Shown here in pieces: positions 20,074-31,359 of a stretch of DNA of 64,000 nt (position 1 is the stretch's first letter; each line of letters starts with the position of its first letter). A program made the position numbers and the translations under genes. The DNA is from Bacilli bacterium (lineage in GTDB: Bacteria > Bacillota_I > Bacilli_A > ML615J-28 > CAG-313). The stretch is taken from NCBI GenBank assembly GCA_017411715.1, contig JAFQPO010000009.1:30732-94731 (forward strand), given 5' to 3'. Under the pieces are notes generated by a model. It did no database searches, had not been told where the DNA came from, and was given only the letters and a program-made list of their open reading frames with translations.

Positions 20074-22695
20074 TTGATTAAAGTAGAAAATCTAACTAAG
20101 ATTTATCAATCAACTACTAAAAATTATATTGTAGCGCTTGATAATATTAGTTTTAATTTACCTGATCAAGGAATGATTTTCATTTGTGGAAAAAGTGGAA
20201 GTGGGAAAAGTACATTATTAAACCTACTTGCATGCCTTGATACTACTACAAGTGGGAATATCATTGTTGATGGCAATAATCTAAATGATTTAGATACTGT
20301 TACATTAGATGAATACCGTGCATCACACATTGGATTTATCTTTCAAGATTTCCATTTAATAAATAACTTAACTGTTGAAGAAAATATCAAACTATCATTA
20401 ATTTTAAAAGATTCACAAACAAACTATGATATACCTAATATCTTAGAACAGGTGAATTTAAAAGGGTATGAAAAAAGATATCCTAAAGAATTATCAGGTG
20501 GACAAAAACAAAGGGTTGCGATTGCGAGAAGCTTAATCAAAAATCCTAAATATATATTTGCGGATGAACCAACTGGAAATTTAGATTTGGAGATATCAAT
20601 TCAAATATTAGATTTATTAAAAGAATTATCAAAGGATCGTCTTGTTTTAATTATTTCCCATGACATTACCAATGCATACAAATATGGTGATAGAATAATT
20701 GAAATAGATGAAGGCAAGATAATTAAAGATGTCGAAAAAACAAATAAAGATTTAGACTTAATAGTGGGAAATAAAATATATATTCCTACTAATTCTCAAT
20801 TAACTGATACCGAATTAGAACTAGTAAATCAAAAAATTTCAACTGGTGATTACATTCTTTCCCAAGAAGATCGTAGATTTATTCCTTCTACTCAAAATTA
20901 TGAAGATAGAGAATTAGAAATTAAATCGAGTAAAAAAACAAATATTAAAAATATATATAACCTATCAAAAACTTTTAGAAGAAAAAATATTGTTCCGACT
21001 ATTTTCTATTCTGCGGTCTTAGCTGCTTTATTAGTAGTTTTACTGATAACACAAATATTCTTTGCGTTTGATAATGATGAACTTACTAATCAACAAATTA
21101 ACACTGAAAGTGGTTTTGCTTTGTATAAAAGAGGAAAGAGCGAAAGTCACTTAGTACCAATTTATGAACAAGATATTAAACAGTTTTATGATTTAGGTTA
21201 TACTGATAATATATATAAACTATATAGTTCAAATATAGCCGCAAAAGAAGCTGAACAATCAATTTTTGATGAGCGTCAAAATATTGCTAATAACAATCAT
21301 TTACGATACGATCTTACGAAGACTCCATTTGTCGTTGCTGGCAAGGGTGTCTTAGAATGTGATTTAGAATATCTTAATAAGATATACGGTCAAGATGGTA
21401 AACTAAACATTATTGAAGGAAGCTTTGAAGACACAGGAAAGTGTGAATTAATTATTACTGATTACTTTGCGGACTGCATTAGATATTATAGAGGTTTAAC
21501 TTATAAACAAATTGTTAAAAAAGACTTGATTGAAATGGATTTAAGTCACTACCGAGTTAAAGCTATCATTGACACTGGCTATAAAGAAAGATACAAAGAT
21601 GTAATTGATGCTGCTCTTGAAATAATTGAAACCGATGATGAAGTTGTTAAGAAAGAAAAAATGAAAGAAATTTTCAGTAACGACCAAATATTTGATTTAG
21701 AAAGAGAAGTTAATACGCATTTAGCTGTCGCTTATTATATTGATGGTGATTATGTTTCAAGAAAAAAAGCTGACCGCGATATATCATATATAACATGGTC
21801 TATTAATGCACAATTCTACGAAACAAAAAGTAATTTAAGATTAGGTAATCTTCATAAACATGCATATGTATGTGATGAAAATTTAAAACCTGGTGAAGTT
21901 ATGCTTGGAAAACTTAGCTATGATGCTATCTTTGATCAAACAGAGTTTCCAACTCCAACACTTCCTTACAGTATTACCTTAACTGATTGTTATGTTTATA
22001 ATAATTCATCTGTTAAAGAAAAACCTATTGATAAAGACTTAACTTTAGTAGGAGTTAAAGAAGATGATTTAATTGGTGTTTTCTTATCTCCAGAAGATTA
22101 CTATGAAGTATACGATTTATCTTTAATGAATTATGGACTATACTTTGATAATACAGAATCTATAATTAATATATATACTGATAATAGACAAGACTTAAAT
22201 TATATGACTCATGATACATTATACAATGCTGCCTATGAAATTAATAGAACTGTCATGATGCTTTCTGAAATATTTAATGTTGTAAGAATATTCTTATATT
22301 TTATCACTATTATCCTTCTTGTTAATTATGGACAACGTATTATTAAAAGAAAAATATATGAAATTGGTGTTATTAAAGCACTGGGTGGAAAAAACAAAGA
22401 TATATTTATTATCATTATTGGACAAGTACTTCTTATGTTAGTATTTGTTGCGGTACTATCAATTTTCCCTGTCATTACTTTAGATGATTATTTAAATAGT
22501 ATTTTAGTAAATAGTTATGTTAGTTTTCAACATACTAATATTTTATCTCATGTTACTGTTATTAAATTTAAACCAGGACTTGTAATACTTACATATAGTA
22601 TAATCTTCGTATTTACTTTAATATGTTCATCAACACTATTATTTTCACTTAGAAAAATAAAGCCAATTAATATTATTAAAAAAGATAAAGACTAA
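20074..22695 (+). CDS. Fused ABC ATPase-permease (MacB/FtsX type)
   Basis: GKSGSGKS, LSGGQKQRVAIAR, ADEPTGNLD; large extracellular loop; EIGVIKALG and C-terminal TM helices. Confidence 0.9.
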   Translation: MIKVENLTKIYQSTTKNYIVALDNISFNLPDQGMIFICGKSGSGKSTLLNLLACLDTTTSGNIIVDGNNLNDLDTVTLDEYRASHIGFIFQDFHLINNLTVEENIKLSLILKDSQTNYDIPNILEQVNLKGYEKRYPKELSGGQKQRVAIARSLIKNPKYIFADEPTGNLDLEISIQILDLLKELSKDRLVLIISHDITNAYKYGDRIIEIDEGKIIKDVEKTNKDLDLIVGNKIYIPTNSQLTDTELELVNQKISTGDYILSQEDRRFIPSTQNYEDRELEIKSSKKTNIKNIYNLSKTFRRKNIVPTIFYSAVLAALLVVLLITQIFFAFDNDELTNQQINTESGFALYKRGKSESHLVPIYEQDIKQFYDLGYTDNIYKLYSSNIAAKEAEQSIFDERQNIANNNHLRYDLTKTPFVVAGKGVLECDLEYLNKIYGQDGKLNIIEGSFEDTGKCELIITDYFADCIRYYRGLTYKQIVKKDLIEMDLSHYRVKAIIDTGYKERYKDVIDAALEIIETDDEVVKKEKMKEIFSNDQIFDLEREVNTHLAVAYYIDGDYVSRKKADRDISYITWSINAQFYETKSNLRLGNLHKHAYVCDENLKPGEVMLGKLSYDAIFDQTEFPTPTLPYSITLTDCYVYNNSSVKEKPIDKDLTLVGVKEDDLIGVFLSPEDYYEVYDLSLMNYGLYFDNTESIINIYTDNRQDLNYMTHDTLYNAAYEINRTVMMLSEIFNVVRIFLYFITIILLVNYGQRIIKRKIYEIGVIKALGGKNKDIFIIIIGQVLLMLVFVAVLSIFPVITLDDYLNSILVNSYVSFQHTNILSHVTVIKFKPGLVILTYSIIFVFTLICSSTLLFSLRKIKPINIIKKDKD

Positions 22696-22697
22696 AT

Positions 22698-22725
22698 AAA
22701 AAGGGTTCATTTTGAACCCTTTTTT
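22698..22725. terminator. Bidirectional terminator between the convergent ABC gene and dapF
   Basis: AAAAAGGGTTCA-TTT-TGAACCCTTTTT. Confidence 0.85.
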
Positions 22726-23494
22726 AATACTCTTCAGCACTACCTATCATATAGCACTTATCTTCAAGTTGAATAATTAAATCTCCACCATCATTATGAA
22801 CAAACACTTTGTTATTTACTTTGCCAAGTGCGTGCGCCACATATGCTGAAGCAGTTGAACCTGTACCACAAGCTTTAGTATATCCAACTCCTCTTTCATA
22901 TGTTTTAACATATATATTATCACTATCAATTACGTTAACAAAATCGATATTAGTAAACTTTTTATATATATTAGATTTTTTTATAACATCAACCATCATA
23001 TCTAATTTAGTCATGTCATATTCTTCAACAAAGATTACAGAATGATGAGTTCCAATAAAAAGATTATAAATTAACATATCTTTTAATAATAATGGAAAGA
23101 TTTCTTTTTCTGTCATATCCATTTTATTACTATCAATAATTGGATAACCTAAATCAACTTTTACAAGATACGGATTAATTGATAATAACCAAACATTAAT
23201 CTTTCCAGCAAGAGTTACAACCTCAAACATTTCACCAATCCCTGGATTAATTTTTTGTTCATCTAATAAATACTTTATAAATGAACGCATTCCATTTCCA
23301 CACATTGATCCACGTGAACCATCTCTATTATAAAATACCATCTCAAGAGGATTAAGTTTACAAACAATAAATCCATCAGTATCATTTTGTTCACATAACT
23401 CTTTGGCTAGATTAGTATAATCATCTAATCCTAAATCATCAATAATTGTAAAAGTGTTTAGACAACCATGATATTTTTTATTTCTAATAGCCAT
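22724..23494 (-). CDS. dapF: Diaminopimelate epimerase
   Basis: KYHG..N.F, NRDGS..SMCGNG and ERGVG.TKACGTG (both catalytic Cys). Start reassigned to the ATG at 23494. Confidence 0.92.
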   Translation of the reverse strand: MAIRNKKYHGCLNTFTIIDDLGLDDYTNLAKELCEQNDTDGFIVCKLNPLEMVFYNRDGSRGSMCGNGMRSFIKYLLDEQKINPGIGEMFEVVTLAGKINVWLLSINPYLVKVDLGYPIIDSNKMDMTEKEIFPLLLKDMLIYNLFIGTHHSVIFVEEYDMTKLDMMVDVIKKSNIYKKFTNIDFVNVIDSDNIYVKTYERGVGYTKACGTGSTASAYVAHALGKVNNKVFVHNDGGDLIIQLEDKCYMIGSAEEY

Positions 23495-25256
23495 ATTTTT
23501 CAAATAATACTTTTTCAAGTTCGGCTACTAATTCATCAATTCTTTCAACTACTGCTAAGAAAGCATCAGTTTTAGTAAAATCAACACCAGCTTCTAAAGC
23601 TTGTTCTACTGGATATTTAGATCCACCAGATTTTAATAACTTAGTGTAATTGTTAAATGCATCAACTCCACCTGCTTTAACTTGTTTATATAATGCGAAA
23701 CTTGCGGCAAATGATGTTGCGTATTGATATACATAGAATGGAGTATAGAATAAATGTGGGATGTAAGCCCAAACATATTTCTTTAGTCCTTCTTTTGTTA
23801 TATCTAATCCATAATATTGTTTATATAAATCAATCATTATGTTAGATAATACTTCATGATTAATTGGTTTATTTTGTTCTACTAATTGACTTGCACGAAG
23901 TTCATATTCAGCAAATAATGTTTGGCGATAGAAAGTAGAATAAATTTCATCAATTGCTTTTTGAAGTAACATTATTTTTTCATCAATAGTCGCGTTACCT
24001 GATGCAATAAAATAGTCAAGTAATAAATGTTCATTAAAAGTAGATGCGATTTCCGCAACGAAGATTGTGTAATCTTGTAACATTGTTGGTTGAGCACTAG
24101 ATGCATACATTGAATGAATAGAATGTCCTGCTTCATGAGCTACAGTAAATACATCATCAAGAGTATCGCTATAATTTAATAAGATATATGGATGTAAGTT
24201 AGGCATACTTGATGAATATGCGCCACTTCTTTTACCATCTTGTTCATATACATCAACGAATCCATCTTTTAATACTTCATGAGCTTTTTCTCTAAAATCA
24301 GCTGGTGTATTTTTAATTGCTTCAAAGAATATTTCTTTAGCTTCTTCATAAGTATACTTTTTATTTGAATGAGCAAGTTCTAGGAAACGATCATATGTAT
24401 TATGACGAGAAAGTCCTAAATATTTTTTACGTAGTTTAATATACTTTTTCAAAGAAGCATTTTTAGTAGATGCAACTTCAACTAAGTTTGTATAAACACT
24501 AGTAGGTATATTGTTTCTAAATAAATGACTTTCTAAAATAGATGAATAGTTTCTAGAATCAGCATTAGCTTTATCTGCTTTAAGAACAGCTTGATAAATA
24601 TTAGCATATGCATTCTTGTGATCATCATAAAACTTATAAATAGCTTCAAATATTTTTTTACGATCTTTTGCTGAAGTACTATCAGCAATTAAACCACGCC
24701 AGTTACCTTGTGTAACTGGAGTTTTAACTCCATTTAATTTTATATATTCAACTTTTGAATCAGCAACACTTAATGAACTATATAATTCTGAACCAGTTCC
24801 ACTAAGTTCAGAAAAATTAGCTAGAATTTGTTCTCTTTTTTCATCAAGAACATGTTCATTCTTTCTAAATAGTTTTTCCATTGAGAATCTAAATTGTTCA
24901 TGTTTTTTGCTTGAATCGATAAAGCTCATTACTTTTTCATAACCAACTGATAAAATTTCTGGTTCTTCAAAAGATGTAGCTTGTTGGATCCCCGCAAGTA
25001 ACATCATGCATTTTTGAACACTAGCGGCTGCAGCGATATCTTTTTTGTTTAAATCACTTCTTAAGTGTGCGTATTGATACACTCTTGACAATTCACATTC
25101 AAACTTTTCTAATAAATCTAAATAAGCAAGGAAAGATTCTTTATCCCCTAGTTTTCCTTTATAAGAAGCAAATAAGCCTGCATACGCACCAAGTTCATTA
25201 AAAGCTTGTTCAAACTCTTCTTCTGTTTTAAATAAATAAGTTAAATCCCACTTCAT
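23484..25256 (-). CDS. pepF: Oligoendopeptidase F (M3B)
   Basis: KWDL N-terminus, GKRSGAYS, HEAGH, AEIAS and IPH...PFYVYQYA. Confidence 0.95.
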   Translation of the reverse strand: MKWDLTYLFKTEEEFEQAFNELGAYAGLFASYKGKLGDKESFLAYLDLLEKFECELSRVYQYAHLRSDLNKKDIAAAASVQKCMMLLAGIQQATSFEEPEILSVGYEKVMSFIDSSKKHEQFRFSMEKLFRKNEHVLDEKREQILANFSELSGTGSELYSSLSVADSKVEYIKLNGVKTPVTQGNWRGLIADSTSAKDRKKIFEAIYKFYDDHKNAYANIYQAVLKADKANADSRNYSSILESHLFRNNIPTSVYTNLVEVASTKNASLKKYIKLRKKYLGLSRHNTYDRFLELAHSNKKYTYEEAKEIFFEAIKNTPADFREKAHEVLKDGFVDVYEQDGKRSGAYSSSMPNLHPYILLNYSDTLDDVFTVAHEAGHSIHSMYASSAQPTMLQDYTIFVAEIASTFNEHLLLDYFIASGNATIDEKIMLLQKAIDEIYSTFYRQTLFAEYELRASQLVEQNKPINHEVLSNIMIDLYKQYYGLDITKEGLKKYVWAYIPHLFYTPFYVYQYATSFAASFALYKQVKAGGVDAFNNYTKLLKSGGSKYPVEQALEAGVDFTKTDAFLAVVERIDELVAELEKVLFEKYGY

Positions 25257-25352
25257 ATATATATCCTCCAATTCAATTAATACAATTATAACATACTTTT
25301 TTATATTTTATAAATTTAAGCAATAAAAAAAGGTTCAATTGAACCTTTTTTA

Positions 25353-27095
25353 TTATTCTTGATATTTAACTTCTTTAATTAAATAAGCAAAGTGTTCATC
25401 GAAACCTTCTGGTTTTGAAGAAGTCGCTAATTCTACAGTTAATTGTTTAGAATCTCTAAATGCATAGAAACCAACTTCACTAACATTTTGATGTAATTTA
25501 ACATTAGTTAAATATTTACTAGATGCAAATGCAAGATCTGCAATTTTTGTTACAGATGTAGGAATAGTAAATTCTTCATTTGTTTTACCTAACGCATATT
25601 GAATAAATGTTGATTCATCTTTTGAATATAAATTACCATCTACTGATTTATAATTTTTATTAGCTGATGCTACATTAATTTCTGTTAAGTTATGGCAACC
25701 ATAGAATGAAGCTTTTCCAAATGATGTTAAGCTTGCTGGGATATAGAATGTTTCAAGAGCAGTTCTAGTGAATGCACAAACACCAATTGTTGTTAAAGCA
25801 CTATCTTCTGGAATGCTAAATAATTTTAAACTTTCCGCATTAATAAAAGCAGAGTTTTCAATTACTTGAACTGATTTAGATAAATATACTTTTTCTAAAT
25901 TACAGCAACCTTCAAATGCATTAGCTCCGATGACAGTTACATTTTCACCCACATAAAGATATTTATATTTAGCACCTTTAAAGCTTTCTGCTTTAATTTC
26001 TTTAATAGGAAGTTTTTCATATTCAGCAGGGATTGATAAAATTTCATCATAGAAACCTTCTTGAACACCTGTTAAAATATAATATTTTTCATCAGCACTT
26101 AATTCATAAATTAATCCATCTGTGTAGTGTTTATAATGACAAACTTCACATTCAGCTTTTCCTTCAACATATTTATGGCCTAATGCTTCATGGTCTATTC
26201 TTGTGTATTGTTCGCATCTATTACACCAACCTGTAGTATGTCCTTGTTCTAAACATGTAGGTTCAACTACAGTTATTGTTTCAGGATCTAAATCATGACC
26301 AAGTGCATCAGCAACCTTCACACGAGCTTTAAATACTTGATGACATTCAGCACAGAATATTTCTTCACTATATCCATTTTCTGTACATGTTGCTTCTGTT
26401 GCTTCATTTACAACGATATCGTGTGGAAGTATTTCTAATACTTCATGTTTTTGATCTCCACATCTTGAGCAAGTAGAGAAACGATTTCCTTTTTCTTCAC
26501 ATGTAGCTAACTTTTCTTCATTAACTACATAATCATGAGAAAGAGCAGGAATTCTTTCATGATGTAGATCATTACATATACTACATAAATATTCTTCACG
26601 ACCAGCTTCAGTACAAGTTGGTTCTAAACGAGTTAATAATTCATATTTATGTTCAGTAAAATCTAATTCAACAAGAGGTTTAATTACAACACCTTCACAT
26701 ACAACACTACTTGAATGACCTTTTGCTTTACAAGTAGGTACTAATTTATTTGTAACTTTAACTTCTTTATATGTAGCTTTTTCAGAGTTAATTTCTAAAT
26801 CTTCGCTTCCGCAAACACTACAAGTATGAACTGTTACTACTGGGTATTCATCGCTAATATAATATACTCCATCTTCAACATAATGATGAGATGCAGAAAT
26901 TACTTCACTAATTTCTAAATGACATTTTTTACATTCTTTTACTTTTAACCCTGAGGCAATACAATCTGCTTCTTTTTCTACAACAAAGTCTGTCCATTCA
27001 TGTGAACATTCTACTGTTGAATCACCACAAGATACTAAAATAAATAGAAAACTGATTAAGCTTAGTACTATAAATGCTCCTTTACCAAGTTTCAT
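25353..27095 (-). CDS. Lipoprotein with Cys/His-rich repeats and a C-terminal BspA-type LRR
   Basis: Lipobox LVSC; several (A/P)TC...G...C..C...H repeats followed by IG..AF LRR units. Confidence 0.85.
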   Translation of the reverse strand: MKLGKGAFIVLSLISFLFILVSCGDSTVECSHEWTDFVVEKEADCIASGLKVKECKKCHLEISEVISASHHYVEDGVYYISDEYPVVTVHTCSVCGSEDLEINSEKATYKEVKVTNKLVPTCKAKGHSSSVVCEGVVIKPLVELDFTEHKYELLTRLEPTCTEAGREEYLCSICNDLHHERIPALSHDYVVNEEKLATCEEKGNRFSTCSRCGDQKHEVLEILPHDIVVNEATEATCTENGYSEEIFCAECHQVFKARVKVADALGHDLDPETITVVEPTCLEQGHTTGWCNRCEQYTRIDHEALGHKYVEGKAECEVCHYKHYTDGLIYELSADEKYYILTGVQEGFYDEILSIPAEYEKLPIKEIKAESFKGAKYKYLYVGENVTVIGANAFEGCCNLEKVYLSKSVQVIENSAFINAESLKLFSIPEDSALTTIGVCAFTRTALETFYIPASLTSFGKASFYGCHNLTEINVASANKNYKSVDGNLYSKDESTFIQYALGKTNEEFTIPTSVTKIADLAFASSKYLTNVKLHQNVSEVGFYAFRDSKQLTVELATSSKPEGFDEHFAYLIKEVKYQE

Positions 27096-27217
27096 TTCTA
27101 TTCCTCCCATTGATAATTATATCTTCGCATTATTCATTATAACACATTTATTTAAAAAATGCAAAAGAATGTTTTTTTATTTTTAAAAGTAAGAAAAAAG
27201 TAGGATTAAATCCTACT

Positions 27218-27691
27218 TTAACAGTCGCATCCTTCAGTTCCAGAAACCTCGATTAGTAATTCATCAAACAATTTATGCTCTCTAAGTTCTATGTAACTAC
27301 CAGTGAAATAATATATTTTATTATAGCCATCACTTTCTAACCAACTAGCTACTTCACTTGATTCATTATTGCCAGAATCAAATAAGAAAATTGTTTGTTC
27401 TTTTTTTGATACGCTTTGTACCCAATATAAGAATTCTTCTTTGTTGCCTTTTTCATAATTATAGTTAACCGCATCTAATAAATGATTATACGCATATTCA
27501 TTTACATTTGTTGTACCATCTACTCCGGTTACTCTTAAGTCAATATATACAACTTCTTCTTTACGATTGATTTCATAATCATATATTTTTTTAATGTACT
27601 TTTTAGCACTTTTAACTTCCGTTACTGTGCCACAAGAACACAAAAGAAACAATAAACATATGATACTAAAAATACTAATTGTTTTCTTCAT
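27218..27691 (-). CDS. Rhodanese-like lipoprotein
   Basis: Lipobox LCSC; YIDLR...EY...H...AVN and L...GY.KIY...G rhodanese pattern. The active-site position appears to be Asp; C-terminal CDC. Confidence 0.65.
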   Translation of the reverse strand: MKKTISIFSIICLLFLLCSCGTVTEVKSAKKYIKKIYDYEINRKEEVVYIDLRVTGVDGTTNVNEYAYNHLLDAVNYNYEKGNKEEFLYWVQSVSKKEQTIFLFDSGNNESSEVASWLESDGYNKIYYFTGSYIELREHKLFDELLIEVSGTEGCDC

Positions 27692-28406
27692 TTTTAATTG
27701 CCTCTAACATTTTTAATTCTTCTTTAGAAAGATTAGCTTTTTCAAGTAAATCTGGACGATACTTGTATGTTCTTTTAATTGATTCATATTTTTTAAATTC
27801 TTCGATTTTCGCATGATGTCCTGAAATCAATACATCAGGTACCGCATGCCCATCATAAATAGCCGGACGAGTATATTGAGGATATTCTAATAAATTATTA
27901 TTAAATGTTTCATCTTTAATAGAATCACTACTAATAACACCATCAACTAATCTACTAACCGCATCAACAATAATCATCGCAGGAGTTTCACCACCGGTTA
28001 AAACATAATCACCAATAGATACTTCTTCATCAATATAATGATGAATTCGATCATCTATTCCTTCATAGTGCCCACATATAATAACAATATGTTCTTTTTC
28101 TGAATAAGCTTTCGCAGTTTCTTGATTAAATGTTTTACCAATTGGTGATGTTAAAATTACATGAGCATTATCTAAATTAGGGATTGTTTTTAAGGCTAGA
28201 TGAATTGGTTCAACGCTTATTAACATTCCTGCTCCACCACCATATGCATAATCATCTACTGTGTGATGTTTGTTAGTTGAGAATTCTCTAAAGTCAATTA
28301 GATTAACTTCAATTTGTTTTTTTTCAATTGCTCTTTTAAGAATTGATGATGATAGAATTCCTGTGAACATTTCAGGAAATAGTGTTAATATATCAAATCT
28401 TATCAT
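27675..28406 (-). CDS. trmD: tRNA (guanine-N1)-methyltransferase
   Basis: VDD..YGGGAGM, CGHYEGIDDR, SIGDYVLTGGE and LEYPQYTRP. Confidence 0.98.
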   Translation of the reverse strand: MIRFDILTLFPEMFTGILSSSILKRAIEKKQIEVNLIDFREFSTNKHHTVDDYAYGGGAGMLISVEPIHLALKTIPNLDNAHVILTSPIGKTFNQETAKAYSEKEHIVIICGHYEGIDDRIHHYIDEEVSIGDYVLTGGETPAMIIVDAVSRLVDGVISSDSIKDETFNNNLLEYPQYTRPAIYDGHAVPDVLISGHHAKIEEFKKYESIKRTYKYRPDLLEKANLSKEELKMLEAIKNEENN

Positions 28407-28912
28407 CTAAGTCCCTCGATTTCATTGATAACAATTTTCTCATCATCAATTAAAATAACAAATTCATTAACAAAAGGAATTAATACTTTTTTATCTTCAT
28501 TAATAACTTCTAAAATAGCTGCTGATGGAACATCGATAACATCAGTAACAGTTCCTAAATATTCATCATTTTGATTATAAACTTTTAAACCAATTAAATC
28601 ATCACAATAATATTCATCATCTTCTAGATCATTTAATTCGCCTCTATTAACATATAACTCTTTACCAATAAATTCATTTACTAAATTAATATCATATATA
28701 TCGTTAAATGTTACAAGAGCCATACCTTTATGAAATCTACATGATGTTATTTTATTTAGAACATATGTGTTTTTATTCATCTTAACATATAAACTATTTC
28801 CAACTTTGAATCTAGCATCAACTGATGATGTGACAATTTGAACCTTAAGTTCTCCTTTAATGCCAAAAGTTGATGTAATAATACCGACTAATAAATAATT
28901 ATCTTGACTCAT
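28403..28912 (-). CDS. rimM: Ribosome maturation factor RimM
   Basis: G.I...FGIKGELKV, EYY..DLIGL.V and LIPFV; directly upstream of trmD. Confidence 0.95.
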   Translation of the reverse strand: MSQDNYLLVGIITSTFGIKGELKVQIVTSSVDARFKVGNSLYVKMNKNTYVLNKITSCRFHKGMALVTFNDIYDINLVNEFIGKELYVNRGELNDLEDDEYYCDDLIGLKVYNQNDEYLGTVTDVIDVPSAAILEVINEDKKVLIPFVNEFVILIDDEKIVINEIEGLR

Positions 28913-31350
28913 TATTTACCGCCTTTTGCTTTATATCTTTTAATTCTTAAAGCATTCATAATTGCTATTAATGTTACACCAACATCTGAGAAGATTGCTA
29001 GCCAAATATCAATTGGTACACCCGCAAGTGATAATACTAAAACAACAAATTTAATTGTTAAAGCGATAAAGATATTTTGAAAAACTAAATTTCTTGTTTT
29101 CTTAGCAATATCAATTGCTTCAGACACTTTTGATAAGTTATCGCTCATAATTACGATATCCGCAATTGCGATACTACCTTCACTACCATTTGTTCCCATT
29201 GCGATACCAACATCAGCACTACTAATTACTGGTGCATCATTGATACCATCACCAATATAAATTGTGTGTGCTTGTTTATTTTTTGATCCTTCTTTAATTT
29301 CAGCTAATAAATCGACTTTATCTTCTGGTAATAGTTCAGAGTATACCGCATCAATACCAACACTACGTGCAACACTTTGAGCAATACCTTTACTATCACC
29401 TGTTAAAATAACTGTTTTTGAAACACCATTTTTACGAAGATTTTTAATAGTATTTTTAGCATCTGGTCTAATTTTATCACCAATTACAATATAACCCAAA
29501 TAGCTATCATCTTTTAAAACATATAGCGTTAAGCCTTCTTCTAGATGTTCTTCCATATCAATGTTTGCTTCTTTTAAGAATCTATAGTTACATACAACAA
29601 CTTTAGAACCATTAATATATGCTCTAACACCTTTACCTTTTACTTCAATAAATTCTTCAATAATATCCGGGAAGATATTATTAACACCATATGCTTCAAC
29701 AATACTACGACCAATTGGGTGTGTAGAATTGTATTCTACATATGCCGCAAGTGATAATATTTCTTTTTCTTTTACTCCTTCAGCTGGATTAATTTTAATT
29801 ACTCCAAATTCACCCATTGTAAGAGTTCCTGTTTTATCGAATACAACATTTTCAACATTGTTTAATGCTTCTAAATAGTTAGAACCTTTGATTAAAATAC
29901 CATTTTTACCAGCTACACCGATTGCGCCAAAGTATGTTAGTGGTATTGAAATAACCAGTGCACACGGGCAAGATATTACTAAGAATACCATCGCTGAATA
30001 TATAGAACCACTTCCACCAAAGAATAATTCAGCAAGTGGTGTTGGATCATTAAAGAAAAATTGTTTAACAAATGGTGATACCACTGCGAATAATACCGCT
30101 ACAATTACAACAAATGGTGTGTAGATTTGTGAAAATTTAGTAATAAATTTTTCTGTTTTTGCTTTTGAAGCACTAGCATTTTCAACTAAATCTAAAATTC
30201 TTGTCATTGTTGAATTATTATAATTCTTTGTAACTTTAATTTCTAAAACATTACCTAAATTAATACTACCTGATAATACTTCATCCCCAGGTTTAACATA
30301 TTGTTGTTTTGCTTCACCCGTTAAAGCTTTTGTATCTAAATATGATTTACCTTCAATAACTCTACCATCAAGAGGAATTAATTCACCATTTCTTACAATA
30401 ATGATATCATTAGGTACAATTGTTTCAACATCAACTTCAACTTCTTCCATACCAACTTTAAGTCTTGCATTCATCGCATCAAATGAAAGTAATTCAGAAA
30501 TTGATTTACGTGAATAATTGACAGCTTTTTCTTGTAAGAATTCACCAATTTCATATAACATCACAACCGCAACTGCTTCAATAAAGTGTGCTGTAATAAT
30601 AGCACCAATACTAGCAACTGCCATTAAAAAATTTTCATCTAGTACTTGACCTTTAATTAAGTTTTTAGCAAATTGGAATAATACTTTTCTTCCCATTAAT
30701 AAATATGCGCATAAAAGGAGGATTAAAGTTGCGATATTAGGAATTTCTTCACTAAACCCAATAAAAGCTTCCCATGTTCCTACAACAATACCATGAACAA
30801 TTAATGCCGCAACAAAGAAGATTAAACCAATTGTAAAAATTAATAAATCTTTTGTACTTGTTTTAAATGTTTCTTCACGGTTTACTCTACGGCGTTCTTC
30901 AATATCCATTACTTCAACTCGTGGATCAACCATATCGACAATCTTTTTAACTTCTTGATTTATATTCTTAAATAGTCTTTCATTTTGTGTTTCAATAATA
31001 AAACGTTCAGTCGAAAAATCAACAATGATTTTATCGCATTTAAATTCTTTTTTAGCAAGAGTTTCTATTCTTTTAGCACAATGTCCACAATCAAGTCCTT
31101 TTAGTTTTAATACTTTACGATAGTTTTGGACGTTTTCAATTTCTGTAAGTTCAATCTTTGGATCGTGTTTTTTTAATATTTCTAACACTTGTTCCATATT
31201 AATTTCATCATGATACTCAATATATAATAATTCATTAGCAATATCTAGTTTATAATTTTTTATACATTCACATTTACTAAGATCTTCATTTATTCTTTTA
31301 GTTCTTTTCTTAAATGTGAAATTATCTATTTTATAACATTTATTAGCCAT
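28912..31350 (-). CDS. cadA: Heavy-metal P1B-type ATPase (Zn/Cd/Co)
   Basis: GLDCGHCA metal-binding domain, LTGE, SCPCAL, DKTGT, HP and GDGINDAP. Confidence 0.93.
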   Translation of the reverse strand: MANKCYKIDNFTFKKRTKRINEDLSKCECIKNYKLDIANELLYIEYHDEINMEQVLEILKKHDPKIELTEIENVQNYRKVLKLKGLDCGHCAKRIETLAKKEFKCDKIIVDFSTERFIIETQNERLFKNINQEVKKIVDMVDPRVEVMDIEERRRVNREETFKTSTKDLLIFTIGLIFFVAALIVHGIVVGTWEAFIGFSEEIPNIATLILLLCAYLLMGRKVLFQFAKNLIKGQVLDENFLMAVASIGAIITAHFIEAVAVVMLYEIGEFLQEKAVNYSRKSISELLSFDAMNARLKVGMEEVEVDVETIVPNDIIIVRNGELIPLDGRVIEGKSYLDTKALTGEAKQQYVKPGDEVLSGSINLGNVLEIKVTKNYNNSTMTRILDLVENASASKAKTEKFITKFSQIYTPFVVIVAVLFAVVSPFVKQFFFNDPTPLAELFFGGSGSIYSAMVFLVISCPCALVISIPLTYFGAIGVAGKNGILIKGSNYLEALNNVENVVFDKTGTLTMGEFGVIKINPAEGVKEKEILSLAAYVEYNSTHPIGRSIVEAYGVNNIFPDIIEEFIEVKGKGVRAYINGSKVVVCNYRFLKEANIDMEEHLEEGLTLYVLKDDSYLGYIVIGDKIRPDAKNTIKNLRKNGVSKTVILTGDSKGIAQSVARSVGIDAVYSELLPEDKVDLLAEIKEGSKNKQAHTIYIGDGINDAPVISSADVGIAMGTNGSEGSIAIADIVIMSDNLSKVSEAIDIAKKTRNLVFQNIFIALTIKFVVLVLSLAGVPIDIWLAIFSDVGVTLIAIMNALRIKRYKAKGGK

Positions 31351-31359
31351 AATTCACCT

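Noticed and set aside
20074-22695. Fused ABC gene as a novel system
   Set aside because: Standard MacB-type ATPase-permease architecture with no informative neighbours.
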